Source: Nageia nagi
Taxonomy: Eukaryota; Plantae; Pinophyta
Assembly: GCA_050084985.1 (NCBI GenBank)
Contig: JBITNC010000001.1
Location: 102,982,001-103,046,000 of the forward strand
Reading direction: 5' to 3'
Length of the DNA stretch: 64,000 nucleotides
Part shown: positions 1 to 12,822 of the stretch, in pieces
Position numbering within the stretch: the stretch's first letter is position 1
Layout: each line of letters starts with the position of its first letter
Notes under the pieces: model-generated
What the model was told of the DNA's origin: nothing
The model's database searches: none
What the model saw: only the letters and a program-made list of their open reading frames with translations
Translations under genes and position numbers: made by a program

Positions 1-690
1 TACTTACATAATACTTTCAATCTTGAAAGTTTTAGCGGAGCGCTGAGTGTATTCCTTAGGTGGAGCATCTAAGAGGGTTGTCAAGCTGAGGGATCTTGAC
101 AATCTACGACATTCATGGAGCAACATCTCCCATCAGGTGGTATCCGAGGTGGAGTCTCTACCATGCGAGTGGTTATCTAGATCTGTGTAAGGGCCCTTTG
201 GTGGGGAGGAGTTAGATTGTGAGGAGGTGCTACTATCCTATAGATCGTCTAGCATCATCAGAGAGTTTGTCCGACCCATTTCAACTCCTAGGAGGCTGAC
301 GTCAGCCCATTGGGCTAGGTTTTGTATTGATACTCATCATACATTTGAATATAAGTCGTGGGTACTTTGGATCTCAACATTGTATTCTTGTTTTGGCATC
401 GTTTGGTGCATTTGTGCATGTGAAGGCCAAACGTTGGCTTTGTGAGCATTGTTGTGTTGTGTATTGTGTATTTGGCCCATCGTTGGCATTGTATGGTGTT
501 TATGTGCTTGTGGGATCTCAACGTTGGCATCCTAGGGTTTTTGTATTGTCAAGTGGATGCCCTAGTTGGATTTCATTCATTGTAATTATTGATATTTGTT
601 GGAGACCCTGTTTGGATCATTATAGGAACACGTTGATTCATCCACCACCTTCAAACTTGTTGGGATAATTGATGGTGACTTTTGCCTTCT

Positions 691-2211
691 TTATCCCTTT
701 TCTTGTTCCACCTTCCTTGCTTGGTTTCCTCTCCTTTCTTCCCTGGTTATTGCAACTTGTATTTTCTTGATGTCCTCTAATGGTGTTACATTTTTGAATC
801 TCGCTTCTGACCCAAGGGGTTTGTGTACATATGGTGACCTCTTGTTCTTCTCTATGAATATTGCTATTCTTCCTTCTGGGTCATAGCTCTCGGCCACGGA
901 AAGTTTTTTGAATCTATACAACTTCAACTTTGTTTTGATGGTATCAACATCAACCCATTGAGAACAAGTGTACTCCCCAACAATGATAGGCAAGGTTATC
1001 GTGGCAACTTTCTTTTTCCACTCATTGTCGTGTAAATATGACATCTGATTACAAAACTCCATCAAAATTATTTTGTTGTTAATGTGCCTAGGGAGCATGT
1101 GTGGAGCTACCTGGGATTTATACACCTTGATGTATGTATAGTTTGAGTTTTGCAAGTGAAATCAGCGTGCCTTTGAGGGCATCTATAGCTGCATTTGAAA
1201 TCCTCTTAACCTGTGCTTCTCCTTTAATCTCCTTGAATATCTGATATTCTAAACCATTTGTTGTCATGCAATAATGGGAATACTGACTCCCAATCCACCA
1301 CTTTGAATAGCATTTCCATATTGGTGTTCCTTCCAAATACGAGTTCATATAGAACTTTTTGTTTGTCTCAATTGACAATATCTGATTGTTCAAGGAGGCC
1401 TCACTAATCGTCAAACCCCACCTTATCTTCTTTCCTTGTCCAATAAAAAATATGAAGGTGAAGAACTCTTTCTTGAACTTGATATCATCTTCTTTGCCTA
1501 ATACCTTGAATAGCAAACAAATCAACTTGGATATGGTGGGATGGAAATCGGTTCACTTGGCATTTAACAACGCGTTTCCTTTAAGCTCTCTTGCATTTGG
1601 ATGAAGCCACTCTCGGATTAGGTTGCCTTGTCCTTTCAACGACTCATAGAAAACTATGGAGTCCCCTTCTGTGCATTCTATCCTATCTCCTTCCCATCCG
1701 AATACATCCTCGACACCTTCTGGAGTGAACCTCATGATGATATTGTCATTGTTGTCACGAAGAGTTCGTGCTTCCACATCACACTACTTGGCCACCTCAT
1801 AGTACAACTCCAAAAAAGGGACTACTAGTGGTTTTATTGCTACCTTAACCAGTCCAGAATGATAAATCAAGTTAGTAGATAAACTTTCTCCCATAATCTG
1901 AGCTATCATCTCCAACATCTTCATAGGATCTGTACGTTGCCCATCTGTATCCCTGATGTTTACAAGGCCATTCTTGATGTGAGCTTTGGGAGATGGGTCT
2001 TCACTCGATTTTTTCAACTCGATTGCACTTGTTTTCTTGAGATTCTTTCAGCTCCTTGCTCAATTGTCCGAAGTGAGTTGCATTTTCTCCATGGATGATG
2101 TACCTCCAACGCCCTAGCCAATGAAGAGGAGAAGCTTTCTTGATACACTTTTGAGTCTTCAAGAAAATTCACCCACTTGGATGCCCTAGCGAGTTTAGAA
2201 GGGGAGAGCAA
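691..2211 (-). pseudogene. Decayed retroelement accessory ORF (~500 aa if rejoined), reminiscent of plant-mobile-domain / putative plant transposon proteins
   Basis: Consecutive minus ORFs (2014-2211, 1784-2017, 1553-1777, 1118-1525, 691-1155) nearly abut and are broken by stops or frameshifts. Motifs include LELYYEVAK..RFTPEGVEDVFGW and WGLTISE..LNNQI..KKFYMNSYL. No gag/pol motifs. Family assignment is by recall only. Confidence 0.55.
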
Positions 2212-2240
2212 ATTTGTGATCTAATAATGAGGGTAAGCTT

Positions 2241-2253
2241 CCCCTTTTATAGG
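2241..2253 (-). promoter_or_regulatory. TATA box (CCTATAAAAGGGG) of the LTR-like unit, just upstream of the embedded ORF
   Basis: Reverse complement of ccccttttatagg, ~30 nt before the start of ORF 2014-2211. Confidence 0.6.
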
Positions 2254-2374
2254 CAATTTCTAGGATTTTTCTAGGGTTAGTCGGCTAGGATCTTAAGGAT
2301 GTGTGTATTTATGGATGGACGCAACTTTCTATGCAAACTTGTTGCTAATTTCGAGGTTAACCAGCTCCTAGGGA

Positions 2375-2930
2375 TGTGAGCGCATATCTTGGGAGGGTCA
2401 AGAAGGTTGTCTTTGTGTACATGTGTGCCAAGGAGGAGTTTTTAGTTTTAGACCTGGCGCACATCTTTTTATGGTCCAGTTGTTTATCTTAGTTTGGGTT
2501 TGCGCCCATGAGAGGAGGATAGGGCCAATGCAAGTCTCTTTGGGGTCAAAGAGGTTGTCACATGTGAGATTTGTGCCTAAAGAGAGGAATGCAAGCCCAA
2601 CACAAGTTTTGAAAGAGTCAAAGTGCCTGTCTTAGTTCAAACTTACATCCAAAAGAGTACACTTGGGCTTGGCGTAGATCTTCTAGGAGTCAAAGAGCTT
2701 GTCTTCTTCAAAATGTGTACCAAGGTGAAACATGCCTCGTACTTAGCCAATCTTTGTTCCTATTTGCTTGAAATCACCACCTAAGGCTTTTGGAGGGCTG
2801 GTGCAAATCCTAGGGAGGACATGAAGGTTTTCTCTGAGGTAACATGCGCCTGAGTAGGACTTAGTCAAATTTTTGATCCACATGTTCTAAAAAGCCATTT
2901 TATCATTTTTGGCCAGTCTTAGGCGCCAAC
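2375..2930. repeat. Degenerate ~70-75 bp array, each unit with inverted GGCGCA-N39-TGCGCC half-sites
   Basis: Half-site pairs start at 2379/2424, 2456/2501, 2527/2572, 2671/2716 and 2800/2845, a constant 45-nt start-to-start distance. Confidence 0.65.
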
Positions 2931-3272
2931 ATCTCCCAATTATGAGATATCGTTAGCTTAGTCACTCAACTTGAGCAGTTTCCTGTCGCCAAAATTTACA
3001 GGTCCTCAAATTTGCTGGAATTCGGGGTGTGTTGTGGAAGCCACAACACATAGTATTAGAGCCTTGTTACTAATCTTTGTTTGAGTTTTGAAGAGCAAAG
3101 CTCTCTTGTGAAGGAATAGTAAAGTGACAAAAACTCCATTTTAATTTTGGAATAGATCTTCACTATGGAGGCCCAAGGTCATATTTACACCACCATAGGT
3201 TTGAAGGAGTTTTAAGTTTTTTTAGGGTGCGCTTTATTCGTTCAAATTTATATCTTGTCCATTGTGTGCATT

Positions 3273-3490
3273 TAAGTCTTGACTTTGGAGCTCAATTAAA
3301 GTTTGAGTCTTGACCATCAGTGTAGTGACATTTGTGCCTTGGAAGTCTACACTTTGGGGCCCAATTGAAGTCCGACCATCTGTGTGGCTACATATGCTGT
3401 GGGAGTCTCAACATTGGATCCCAATTGTTCAACCATTCACGTGGTGACATTTGCCTTGTAAGTCTTGATATTGGAGCCTATTTGCTTGAC
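3273..3490. repeat. Degenerate ~60 bp tandem repeat (about 4 copies)
   Basis: Recurrent (a/g)agtct..a(c/t)(t/a)ttgg..c(c/t)caatt...accat...gtg..gacat units. Confidence 0.55.
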
Positions 3491-3499
3491 TTCTTATGT

Positions 3500-3770
3500 A
3501 GTACCATTCTTTTTTAAAATTTATTCATCCATCTTTGGATTAGATCTAGGTTTGGTCTTTGGCCTAGAATCTTCCTATCAACGAATTTCTTCTTTTGTTA
3601 ATTTCATAGTTCAGAATTTCTTTTGGAACATTAATTCGGGCTTCATTGTTCATGATTTTTGTTTTGATCGTGGTATTGATTAGATTTTCAACTCCATCCC
3701 TTGTTACCACATTTACCCATGTCAGTTGTGGTCTTGGTTCAGGCCTGTGTCTAGCAACTTGCACCATGTT
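3500..3770 (-). pseudogene. LINE (L1) ORF1 N-terminal fragment (start of DUF4283-type domain)
   Basis: ORF 3564-3767 reads TWVNVV...RINVPKEIL..EI....NSLIGRF, typical of the plant L1 ORF1 N-terminus. Confidence 0.5.
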
Positions 3771-4179
3771 TGTTTCTCAAATCTGGACAAAGATGTGGCT
3801 TTTCTGCAGCTCTACTGCAACTTGACTGTAACTTCTATTCAAAAATAGAAATGAAAAAAAAAATCTTTACTTAGGTCCTATAAGATTTATTTATTAGTCC
3901 TTCTTTATTAAGTTGTAAGAGAATATTCTGAAGTAATCTTTACAACTATTTTGTCCTCTTATGAGATTCCTCACACTTGTGAGGATGTGTCATTTGTAAA
4001 TTGTAACTCTTCTTTAAGACGAATATTATGTTGTCTTATGTGTCACTTTTAGAATATATGCATGCATCCTCTTGTCATGTGGATTAGATCACCAAGGTAC
4101 ACAATCTAATGCAAAGTGGAAAGACTAGACATGAAAACTGCTTACGTAACTCCTCTTCTCACCTGTATATAATGTAATG

Positions 4180-5310
4180 TCCCACCATCCCCAAAACTTT
4201 ACAATTCAAAACACTCAAAAAAACTTAAAAAAATAAAACATTTTATAAATAAACCATATATTGAACTCCCCAAGCCTTCTGACCACCATAAACCTAAATT
4301 AGGAATAAAAAAGTCAACTAACGAAAAGAAAGTTAAATCTAAAAAGTTAGAAGATATTTCATTCTCATTGTTCATTCTCAGCTTATTCACATAGCAAAGT
4401 TTTATTATTGCACTTCAAAGTTCACTAAGGTTTTTTCCTTATCCAACAAAAGGGAAGTAGAGCCAAAAAGGTACTTGAATCTCTACTTCGACAATCCTAA
4501 CATTGCCCAATAGGACCCTCTTGGATGGTGGCAACTCTGTATAAAGGATGTACCAAACTTGAGATAACTTGCTATTTGCTTGCTATCTCATGTTGTTTGT
4601 TCCTTTGTTGTTGAGAAAAAATGGTCTACATATAGTTTCATTTATAGTGTGAGGAGGAACAAACTCACTTCTAAGTTCTCGTGGAGCAGAAAAGTAGTTG
4701 TGCACAATCCCCTTTGCCTTTGAGAAAAGGTAAAACAAGAGTACAAGGAATCTCTAACTACGAATTGATGAGGATCAATAGGGATCCATTGGATGATACG
4801 AGATCTTGTGATGGCTGAAGTTATCGACTCAAGTGCAGATGATTTTGATCGGTCAGGAAGCCCACTGAGAAACATTCTCTCACATGAGCTAACATATTCT
4901 CTCACATGAGCTAACATACTTTGAAGAATAGTTTTCTATTTTACTTTTAGCCATACTTCCCTCAAGCTATAAGATTTATATTAGATTTGGACTCAATTTT
5001 GGCATTTATCATTTGGCTAATAACATTGAAAACTTAAATATTATATAGCTTTAGTTGTCTTTATCCTAATCAATTACTAATGCTCTAGGATTATTTTTCA
5101 AGTTTTTTATTTTTATATGTATCTATGCATTCATGTATTACTGTGAAAGAAATCAAATTCAATATTTTATCTAATATTTTACAAAATCTTCTAATTTGAT
5201 GTATTTTTTATTTGCTATCCTTGGTGTCTGTAAGAAATTGACCTTGTTGTCCACAGCATGGAAAAAACCCATCCCAACATCCCCTTTTCCCAATACTTTG
5301 TATATCCTTG
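4180..5310 (+). mobile_element. hAT deletion derivative retaining the C-terminal dimerisation-domain remnant
   Basis: ~4525-4680 translates WWQLCIKDVPNLR*LAICLLSHVVCSFVVEKKWSTYSFIYSVRRNKLTS, matching the hATC WW...P.L..LA...LS.....ERNWST....RN.L motif. A 22-bp tandem duplication lies at 4874-4917. Boundaries approximate. Confidence 0.65.
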
Positions 5311-7492
5311 CTTTTTTGGCGAATGAGGTCTCTAATTGTACTTCCTTGCCTTCTACGATGGCTGATGCAGTTGGAAGGCTCCTTTTCTCCCACTTTATGT
5401 GCACCAATTCCCATTATCGGCATTGTTTTCATCTCTAGTTGGTGAAATTAGCATCCATTCAACCGTTTAAAGCACCAAAAATATCACTTCAATCCAAAAT
5501 GGGTTCTGTTCATTGTGATAACAGGTGTAGTTCATCAAACCAAATCCTAACTTAAAAGGATTGCAATAGTGAGGAATGCAATTTTGATGTTGATATATGT
5601 ACAACTTGACAACCATAGATGCATCAGAAAAATCACAACAGTTAGCATATAATGCAGGCATCTGTATATGTTAGGGCTTTTCCACAAGGCTAAGAAAATT
5701 GCTCTAACACCACTTTTAGGGATTCTCCATAAGGCCAGGAAAGTTCACTGATGCCACTCTTATGGGCCAAATATGGAGTACACTAAATTGCTGGAGCTTG
5801 AATCTGAAAAATTTGAGACTTGTCTAAAATTATACAAAATCTAAAAGGAAATTGGAAACACATAGATACCTGGATATGTTATTTGGGAATATATTGAAAA
5901 TGCAGCATCTGGATATAGAAACCCTTGGAAATGGAATTCGCTCAAATCCTTGATAACATTTTAATCTAGAATAAACCTTTTTTTTGAGATATGGAGATAG
6001 CAACTACATTAACTTACAAAAATAGGAAAAAACAGTAGATCCTGTTATTAAATATGAAGAAAAAAATTAAGGATTACAAAACCTTTTCTGAGATGTGTAT
6101 GGCTTCCAATATCAGGCCCAGAAACTCCAGTGTGATGTGGATGCTGCACTTGGCCTACAAGTGTCCCAATTTTTTTCTTTTTCCAAAACATCAAAGTCTA
6201 ATGCTCATTGGGCTTTTTATAGGTTATTTTTACCTTTTCTCCCTTTCACATTTTACACGTGGGATCAATAACATAAAATTACTTCATCACATTTATATAA
6301 AATAAAAGTATCTTTTCCCCTTTATAATTTTTCAAAACACAGTAACACTAATTAAAGTTAATTTACATGACAACTTTATTACCTCTAAATGCTCCTTTTT
6401 TATAAGTGTAACGTTTAGCCCTAATAAATGTTTCCTCTTAACATGACAATAACAATATAACACAAACAGAAAAGTCCATAATCAATACGAATATAAGGAA
6501 TCTATGGGACTTATAACAGAAGTACAAAGATTGCTGCTTTCATAGAACATTGTACTCTGTTTTCCCACTTTTTGAATATCTACATTGATCTCCTCTATCC
6601 TGATCTTTTTATCCTTCTTTTTGGCTAAATTCCCCTCTAGATCTGTTTGATTTGCATTATAGCTTGTCTTCTATTCTTCAAAGAGTAACTCATGGACTGG
6701 AAGTTGATCAGTCTCAATTAGTTATAACCTTGATATCTTGGTTCTTGGCATTTGTTTCATTTTATCTTAACACCATGATGAACTCACAGGTTGCATTGCC
6801 AACAGAGTCTTGATATTTGTTGAGGTCATCTTGCGTTGGAAGCAAATTTCTCAGAATGTAATTACTAATTAGTGTAAAAACTATCTACCTGGTTTGGGTC
6901 CTGACAACCTTGCTAACTGATCCACCTCTTGCTCAATTGGACATACTTGTCTGCTGTCATTTTATTCATCCAGCTGCGTAGCTGAAGTTTGAGAAGTGTG
7001 TCTGTATTTGTGTTACGCGTAAGACAACTTTGTTTCTCTCTCTTCTTTATTTATCCTTTTTGGATAAGACCACATTCTCTCGAGTCAAAGGATTTTGCTG
7101 CTACTGTATTGTTTGCTTAGGTTGCATATTATTGGAGCAGAATCATTTCAGTGTGATACTTTAATTTAATGACTTATTTCAATGATTGTTTGTCCTTTGT
7201 GCTATTGCGATAATTTGTTTGGAGCAAAATATTTCATTGTAATTATAAATTTTGAAATATATTAACAATTTGGCTTCTGGGGAGTTGTTTACTTTAATCA
7301 ACTAAAAATATTAGGAGAAAGGATTTCAACAATAGGAATTTGTTTATGCAACCTTAGCAGTTGATAATTGTGTTGAGGATGGTTGAAATTTGAACTAATA
7401 TCTATCTGTTGTTTGTAATTTTTTTTCATATAATGAACATGTTTTCTTTAGAGGCTCAGTGCATTTGATTTCAACATTTTTACTTCTGACAG

Positions 7493-7538
7493 GAGTAAAC
7501 GACCTGAGTTCAATGCATGGCTGGCGGAAGTAAAGCAG
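7493..7538 (+). CDS. Host gene internal exon A (46 nt): SKRPEFNAWLAEVKQ; conserved uncharacterised plant protein
   Basis: ttctgacAG acceptor and GTactt donor; in frame with the next four exons. The joined peptide matches a conserved land-plant protein I recall as KRPEF.AWL.EVK.VNLE.LP.WEEKQMFK..MED.NTATFPSKKYY (possibly At5g53800-like, unverified). Confidence 0.9.
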
Positions 7539-10133
7539 GTACTTGGTCATGGATTTTCCAAACATTTGTACATTTTCTGTTATAACTATAAGTGATGCAT
7601 ATTCAGCTCGGTGAGAGCAAATTGTTTCAGAAGTACATGTCTCCAACAATTCAGGATTTGTTGTGATATAGCCTGCACATGGAAGGAGGATTGGTAAAGT
7701 GGGTAGTTTCTATTGTGGATGTCAGAGTTCAAAACCCAATGCCCTTTCCATGGTTTAATGGTTCTACACTACTTGTGCATGCTCGGATAGCTAAGATGGA
7801 GCCTAATTACTTTTCTTCGAAATCAAAAAAGCATTTAACTAAAAAAAGAATCTATTAGATACACGTTCTCTCTGAAACTGCAATGTATCACATTTTTAAT
7901 TATTTAGATATTCAGAAGATACACTATTATATTGGTTGAACCCTAAAATGTGATTGCTTTGGTCATGCACAGTAGGTAATAAATGTTTTCTCATAACTTC
8001 ATGGTCTCAGCTGTATTTGATTTATCTTTCTGACAACTTGGGCTATGGCACTATGGATTGTATATTTTGTGTACCAGCAATGCTTTTTCTTTTTTGTAGA
8101 ATGCTTCAAAAGTTTCAAGTAGACAAATCGTTAGCTTCCTGCAATAGACATGCTCGCATATACTTGCGGATTTATTGAAAGTATTTATGATAATTTATAT
8201 TTAATGCCAAGAACACCTTAGTAAATAGGTTAAAGTAGCCCTCTCTAGAATACGTTAACTTGTGTGATGGTAACTCAATTTGCAATCATGGCTTGGAATT
8301 TGAGGTTTGGGTATACGAAGCAAAGATTTGGGTATACCTTAAAATTGTTTTCTACCCAAATCAATCAACATGTCCATCTTGTGCTTCTTGGTAAACCTTC
8401 AAGTTTAGGAGTTTGTGTATTGTTATTTCCAACCAAAACATGGGCATAGATAGTGGGTGTGCTTCTTCTATCTATTGCCCTTGAAACTATGTTGGCGAAT
8501 CTTCTACTTCTAGTTCATTGATTACCGAGCTCTATGAAAATGAATCCCTTCGTCACCCACTTGTTACCAATGTGATATTCTTTATTGCAATATTAATACA
8601 ATCCTTTATTCCTTTGCTTTGCTTCGTGTGATGTGTGTCAAATAGATATGTATGTAAGCAAATTGGTAATTACTTCTGTCTCTTGAGCTTGGTTTTAATA
8701 TTTGGAAAGCCTTGTGGCTAGCTATACTCCTCATCTCACTTTCTGTGGCTGTTTGAAATCATTCTTGGCTTATGGAATTGGAGATGATGTTGAATCGCAT
8801 ATTGTAACCCACCGATGTATAGTTCCAACAATTGATTGTTATTTGAGTTACATGCATGCATCAACAACTTCTATGTTGTAGAGTTGCCCACTAATTTGGC
8901 ATGTCTTGATTAGCTTATTGAAGTAGTTCTTTGTTCAATTGTTTTTATTTTCGACCAAATGAAATTGAAATTTTTTGCCCGTATATAATTTTCTTTTCCT
9001 TTTCTTGATAAACACCTATTAGTACCATTTCTATAGCTCAGTTTCTATATCAACTGAAGTGAGCATCACTTTATAAATTCAAAAGGATCATTCCACCCAG
9101 TGACCTATGCAGTACTTCAATACCATTCGACCTTTGTAGTCTGCCCTTGATAGGTAACCCCTAGGATTGAAATTATTTTGAATGAAAATAATTTCCCTTT
9201 TCCTAAACAATGATTGGGATGTTGTTGGTGTTCATGCAAAAACAGTTGTATTGTTGTGCCTAGTTGACTCCTATTGGTGAACATTTTTCCTTGAATGTTT
9301 TTTGTTTTATTTACTTAACATGGATGCATTCCCACCCTCCTTTGGTGTTGTGAAAATTTTTGACACCTTTAAATTTGCTGGAATTTGTGCAAAATCAGCT
9401 ATAATCAATACTGAAACCCCTGACTTAGGTTTTCCTTTTAGTATTTATTGCATCTTTCACCAACAAACCTGAGTATTTTGTCTCCTTACACATGAGAAAT
9501 CTTTATTAAGATGATAAAAGAATCTTTGTCAGTTTTATTATTCATTTTCACTGATAAAATGTGATCTCATACTCACTGTCACTCAATTTAACAGACCGGT
9601 GCCTTATCCCTAATTAGATTGTGCAAATTTGAGACAATTTATGAAAAGTTTGAAAGGAGAAGAAAAGAACTGTCATCAAATTGTTTCAAATGATGTAATC
9701 AACAAAAACAATGAAGAAAGTAGCAGTATCACATTGAAATGATGTAATATCATACAAAGCTGTAACACAACATGAAACAAGATAATATTTCAAAGAAAAA
9801 GCTCAGGATTTTATTAATCATCAAAGTTTATACAAATTCCCTCACTGTTACTCAGGGTTTGTCAAAATATACAAAAATCATTCAAATAATGTAGCAATCT
9901 TGTAAAAATCCCATTCTATGATAGTAATAGGAAATCTAATCCTGGCTTCTATCTTTACTGCTGGACATAATCACGATAGTATAATTCTCCATGAATAGCT
10001 TGTCTTGAGACACAAGAAGAAAAAAAGAGTTGGCTAGGGTTTGAAAGAAACTAAGGAAACAATATAACAGAGCTTCAGACACAAAATATACCTTAGTAAA
10101 AATGAGACTTATCCTTTCTCCTTATTCTGAAAC

Positions 10134-12380
10134 TTATATATAGTCCACAATATATCTGACAACTGGCAGCAACCTTACAGATCTTCTATGACTTCCAACA
10201 CATGGAAAACATAAAATTGCCAACTGACAAATTACAACTGTAAAAAACCCTTGACAGTTGAAACATTCTTCCCTTGACTTTACATAAGTTGATGCATGTA
10301 AAAAGACAACTGACAAAAGTACAACTGTATACCATTAGCCACAATTGTATCATCTAAGCTAGAAATTTCAATCACCCTCTCCTCTGCATCTACATGAAAA
10401 TGAGCTATAGAGATCACCTGTTCACATTTGCTAACTAACTGATATAGATCCATTAAAGCTTCTCTCATTCCTCTTTCAGGAAAAGTAATCTCATCAAACC
10501 GTGAACCACAATAATCCTGGACAAATATTATCTCATTACCTATTTCCTGAAATATAAGCAAAGTACCAAAACTATGCATTATGGTTTGATGCCAATCCTT
10601 TACTTTATCAAGATTAATTGTCCGTAAAGTCAAACATTTTAAATAATTATCCACTTTATGGAAGACAACTAGAGACTGATCACACTGCCATAATCTCAAA
10701 TAATTTCTCTTGAACTTCAGTACAATCTCATCAATCTGATTATAAACACCTGAAACAGAGTCGAGTCTTGCATCTATTTTGCCAAGAGATGTTTGGACTT
10801 TGCCCCAAAAATTTACACAGGCTGATCACCACAGCAAACCGATTTATCGTATCTTCCTTAATTGCATCTCTATGGTTAGACAAAACCTTAGCAAAACTCT
10901 GAAAATAAAAAGAAACAGAAGAATTCGGAGGAATAGTAAGATCCAATGTCAATCTGGGAGATGTTCTTTCAACTTCAAGATTAATCAAAGCTTCCTCAAC
11001 AACTGGAGGCATTACTTCAGGTGAATCATAATATACTTCTTCAATTTGCACTTTTGAACTTGAGGGTTGATTTTGTAAATTTTTAACTTGTTGCTCTAAT
11101 CTTGCAACAATATCTTGATAATTGAGATTAGCAAACTCTTGTAAGTCAAGGCTCAGATTTCCAAGGTTAGAATGAGAAAAGGGAATTCTAACACTAATCA
11201 TACTCTCAGTAACTACCTGTATTGAGTCTTTGGGTATTTGAGCACTCAAAATAACCTGTCCTGCTTCCTTCCTAATTCCAATTATATGTATACCAACTGA
11301 TTTCTGTTTTGACCTAACATCACAAAGCTTGGATTTAGACATGTTCATATCAAATTCATCTTTATGAGTTGCTAGTAGTTCTTTCTTTTCATCTTCATCA
11401 AATGTATGATCTTCATACTGTCTCAACAAGGTTAAAGAGTTTCTTTGCATAACCTGTTCAAACTCCTCCTGTTTTGAAACCACTTGATGACCAACTGTTG
11501 TCATTACCATACCAGTGCCATCTGTTTTCATTCTTTTAAGTACTGGCCGATTCCCATCCTAAGGAACTAAAATAACATTATAACCTCATAGGAGTACATC
11601 CATACCTCCAGCCTCTTCAATTTGTGGCTTTAACCAAGAATTCATTACAATCCTTTGACTGTGCAAAGTGATAGCAGCAACATCACTTAAAGTCGGTGGA
11701 ATAAAAGTAGAAAAATCAAAAGCCCCTTGAGAAGACATAGGCACAATTGCTTTACTAGCATGCCTAATCAAAGTTATTTCCTTTTCACCCAATTTTTTAG
11801 AAACATTCTTTTGTAATGTAGAAACATAAGGATAATTCTTTTTTTACCATGCCTAAAGAGCCCTATTATCAATAGCCTTTTGTGTCATATTACTCTTAGC
11901 CACCTCTGTAACAGGTTTGGTGTATTCAATAATCAACTCTTTATCCTCTATGTTTTCACCACCTACTAGTTGAAAGGGCTCATATGCCATTTCTAGAGGA
12001 ATTGGATCCAAAACAGGTACAATTACATGGTCTTTTGGCAAAGGGTTTTAACAACAAAGATGGACACTCAAAAATGGAGTTATTGCTGCCCCCTCCAGAA
12101 GTTTGTGTTTGTTCTTGTTGGACATTTGAGTTTTTTTCCCTTATTTCATTTTTACAATCAAAACTCTCACTTTCACTTATTCTGGATTTTGGAAAATGAA
12201 TTTTTTTGCCTGTTTAGAATATAGTAAACAAGGTAATAAATAACTAATTAAGAAATACAAATGGTGAGAAATAAGTGGTTTAAGTACCTTGGCAGTCTTG
12301 CTCCTCCTCACTATTGTGTTCTCCTCCTCATTGCTGTCTTTTTCCTCACTGCTGTTTTTTTCTTCTCAAGGATGCACACA
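10134..12380 (-). pseudogene. Decayed ~700-codon ORF of unknown function, with an apparent intron (~12209-12286)
   Basis: Collinear minus ORFs 11853-12041, 11586-11792, 10740-11531 and 10280-10699. Minus-strand CAAG|GTACTT donor and pyrimidine-rich ...TAAACAG acceptor. Coiled-coil-like IVARLEQQVKNLQ segment; no recognisable catalytic motifs. Confidence 0.55.
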
Positions 12381-12544
12381 AACAATATGGTTATGTTTTC
12401 CAATTTGGAATGCTTTATGGTTATGTTTTTAGGGTTTGGGGGAGGGGATGGGGACATTAGCAAGACCCAACCCCATGCTTTTTTTAAGTTGGGAATGTGT
12501 TTTTTTAAAAGTTGGGCATTTTTTTTGGCTGGGCACCCATCTCC

Positions 12545-12822
12545 AGCAGGGAACGCCCTATGTTTCTTGGGAGCTCTTGAGAATGGCTAGTCATTCCGAG
12601 AACGAATGGGTCATTCCCGGAGGGTGGGCTATTTGGGAACTTTGGAATGGCTAGCCATTCTGAGAATGGTCGAGACGTTCTCAAAGTCAGGCCATTCGGG
12701 AACGACTCCCCTTAGACAGGGAATGTTCTTGGGAACATTTCCTTGTTGTTCCTCAAAAAGGGAATGACTCATGTGAGTTTCTATGTTCTCAAATGTGGGG
12801 AATGCGTTCCCGTGGAACCTTG
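12545..12822. repeat. Cluster of short palindromes built from GGGAA(C/T) / (G/A)TTCCC
   Basis: GAATGGCTAGTCATTC (12581-12596), perfect GAATGGCTAGCCATTC (12645-12660), GGGAATGCGTTCCC (12798-12811), plus many further half-sites. Confidence 0.7.

Larger units (their letters stand above)
1..3048 (-). mobile_element. Large (>3 kb, runs off window) gypsy-type LTR-like unit containing a motif array, TATA box and an internal ORF
   Basis: Minus strand begins TGTTGTGGCTTCCACAACACACCCCGAATT at 3048, matching the start of the TSD-validated LTR at 38459 (TGTTGTGCCCGCACAACACACCCCAAAAT). The other end and TSD are not in the window. Confidence 0.65.
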
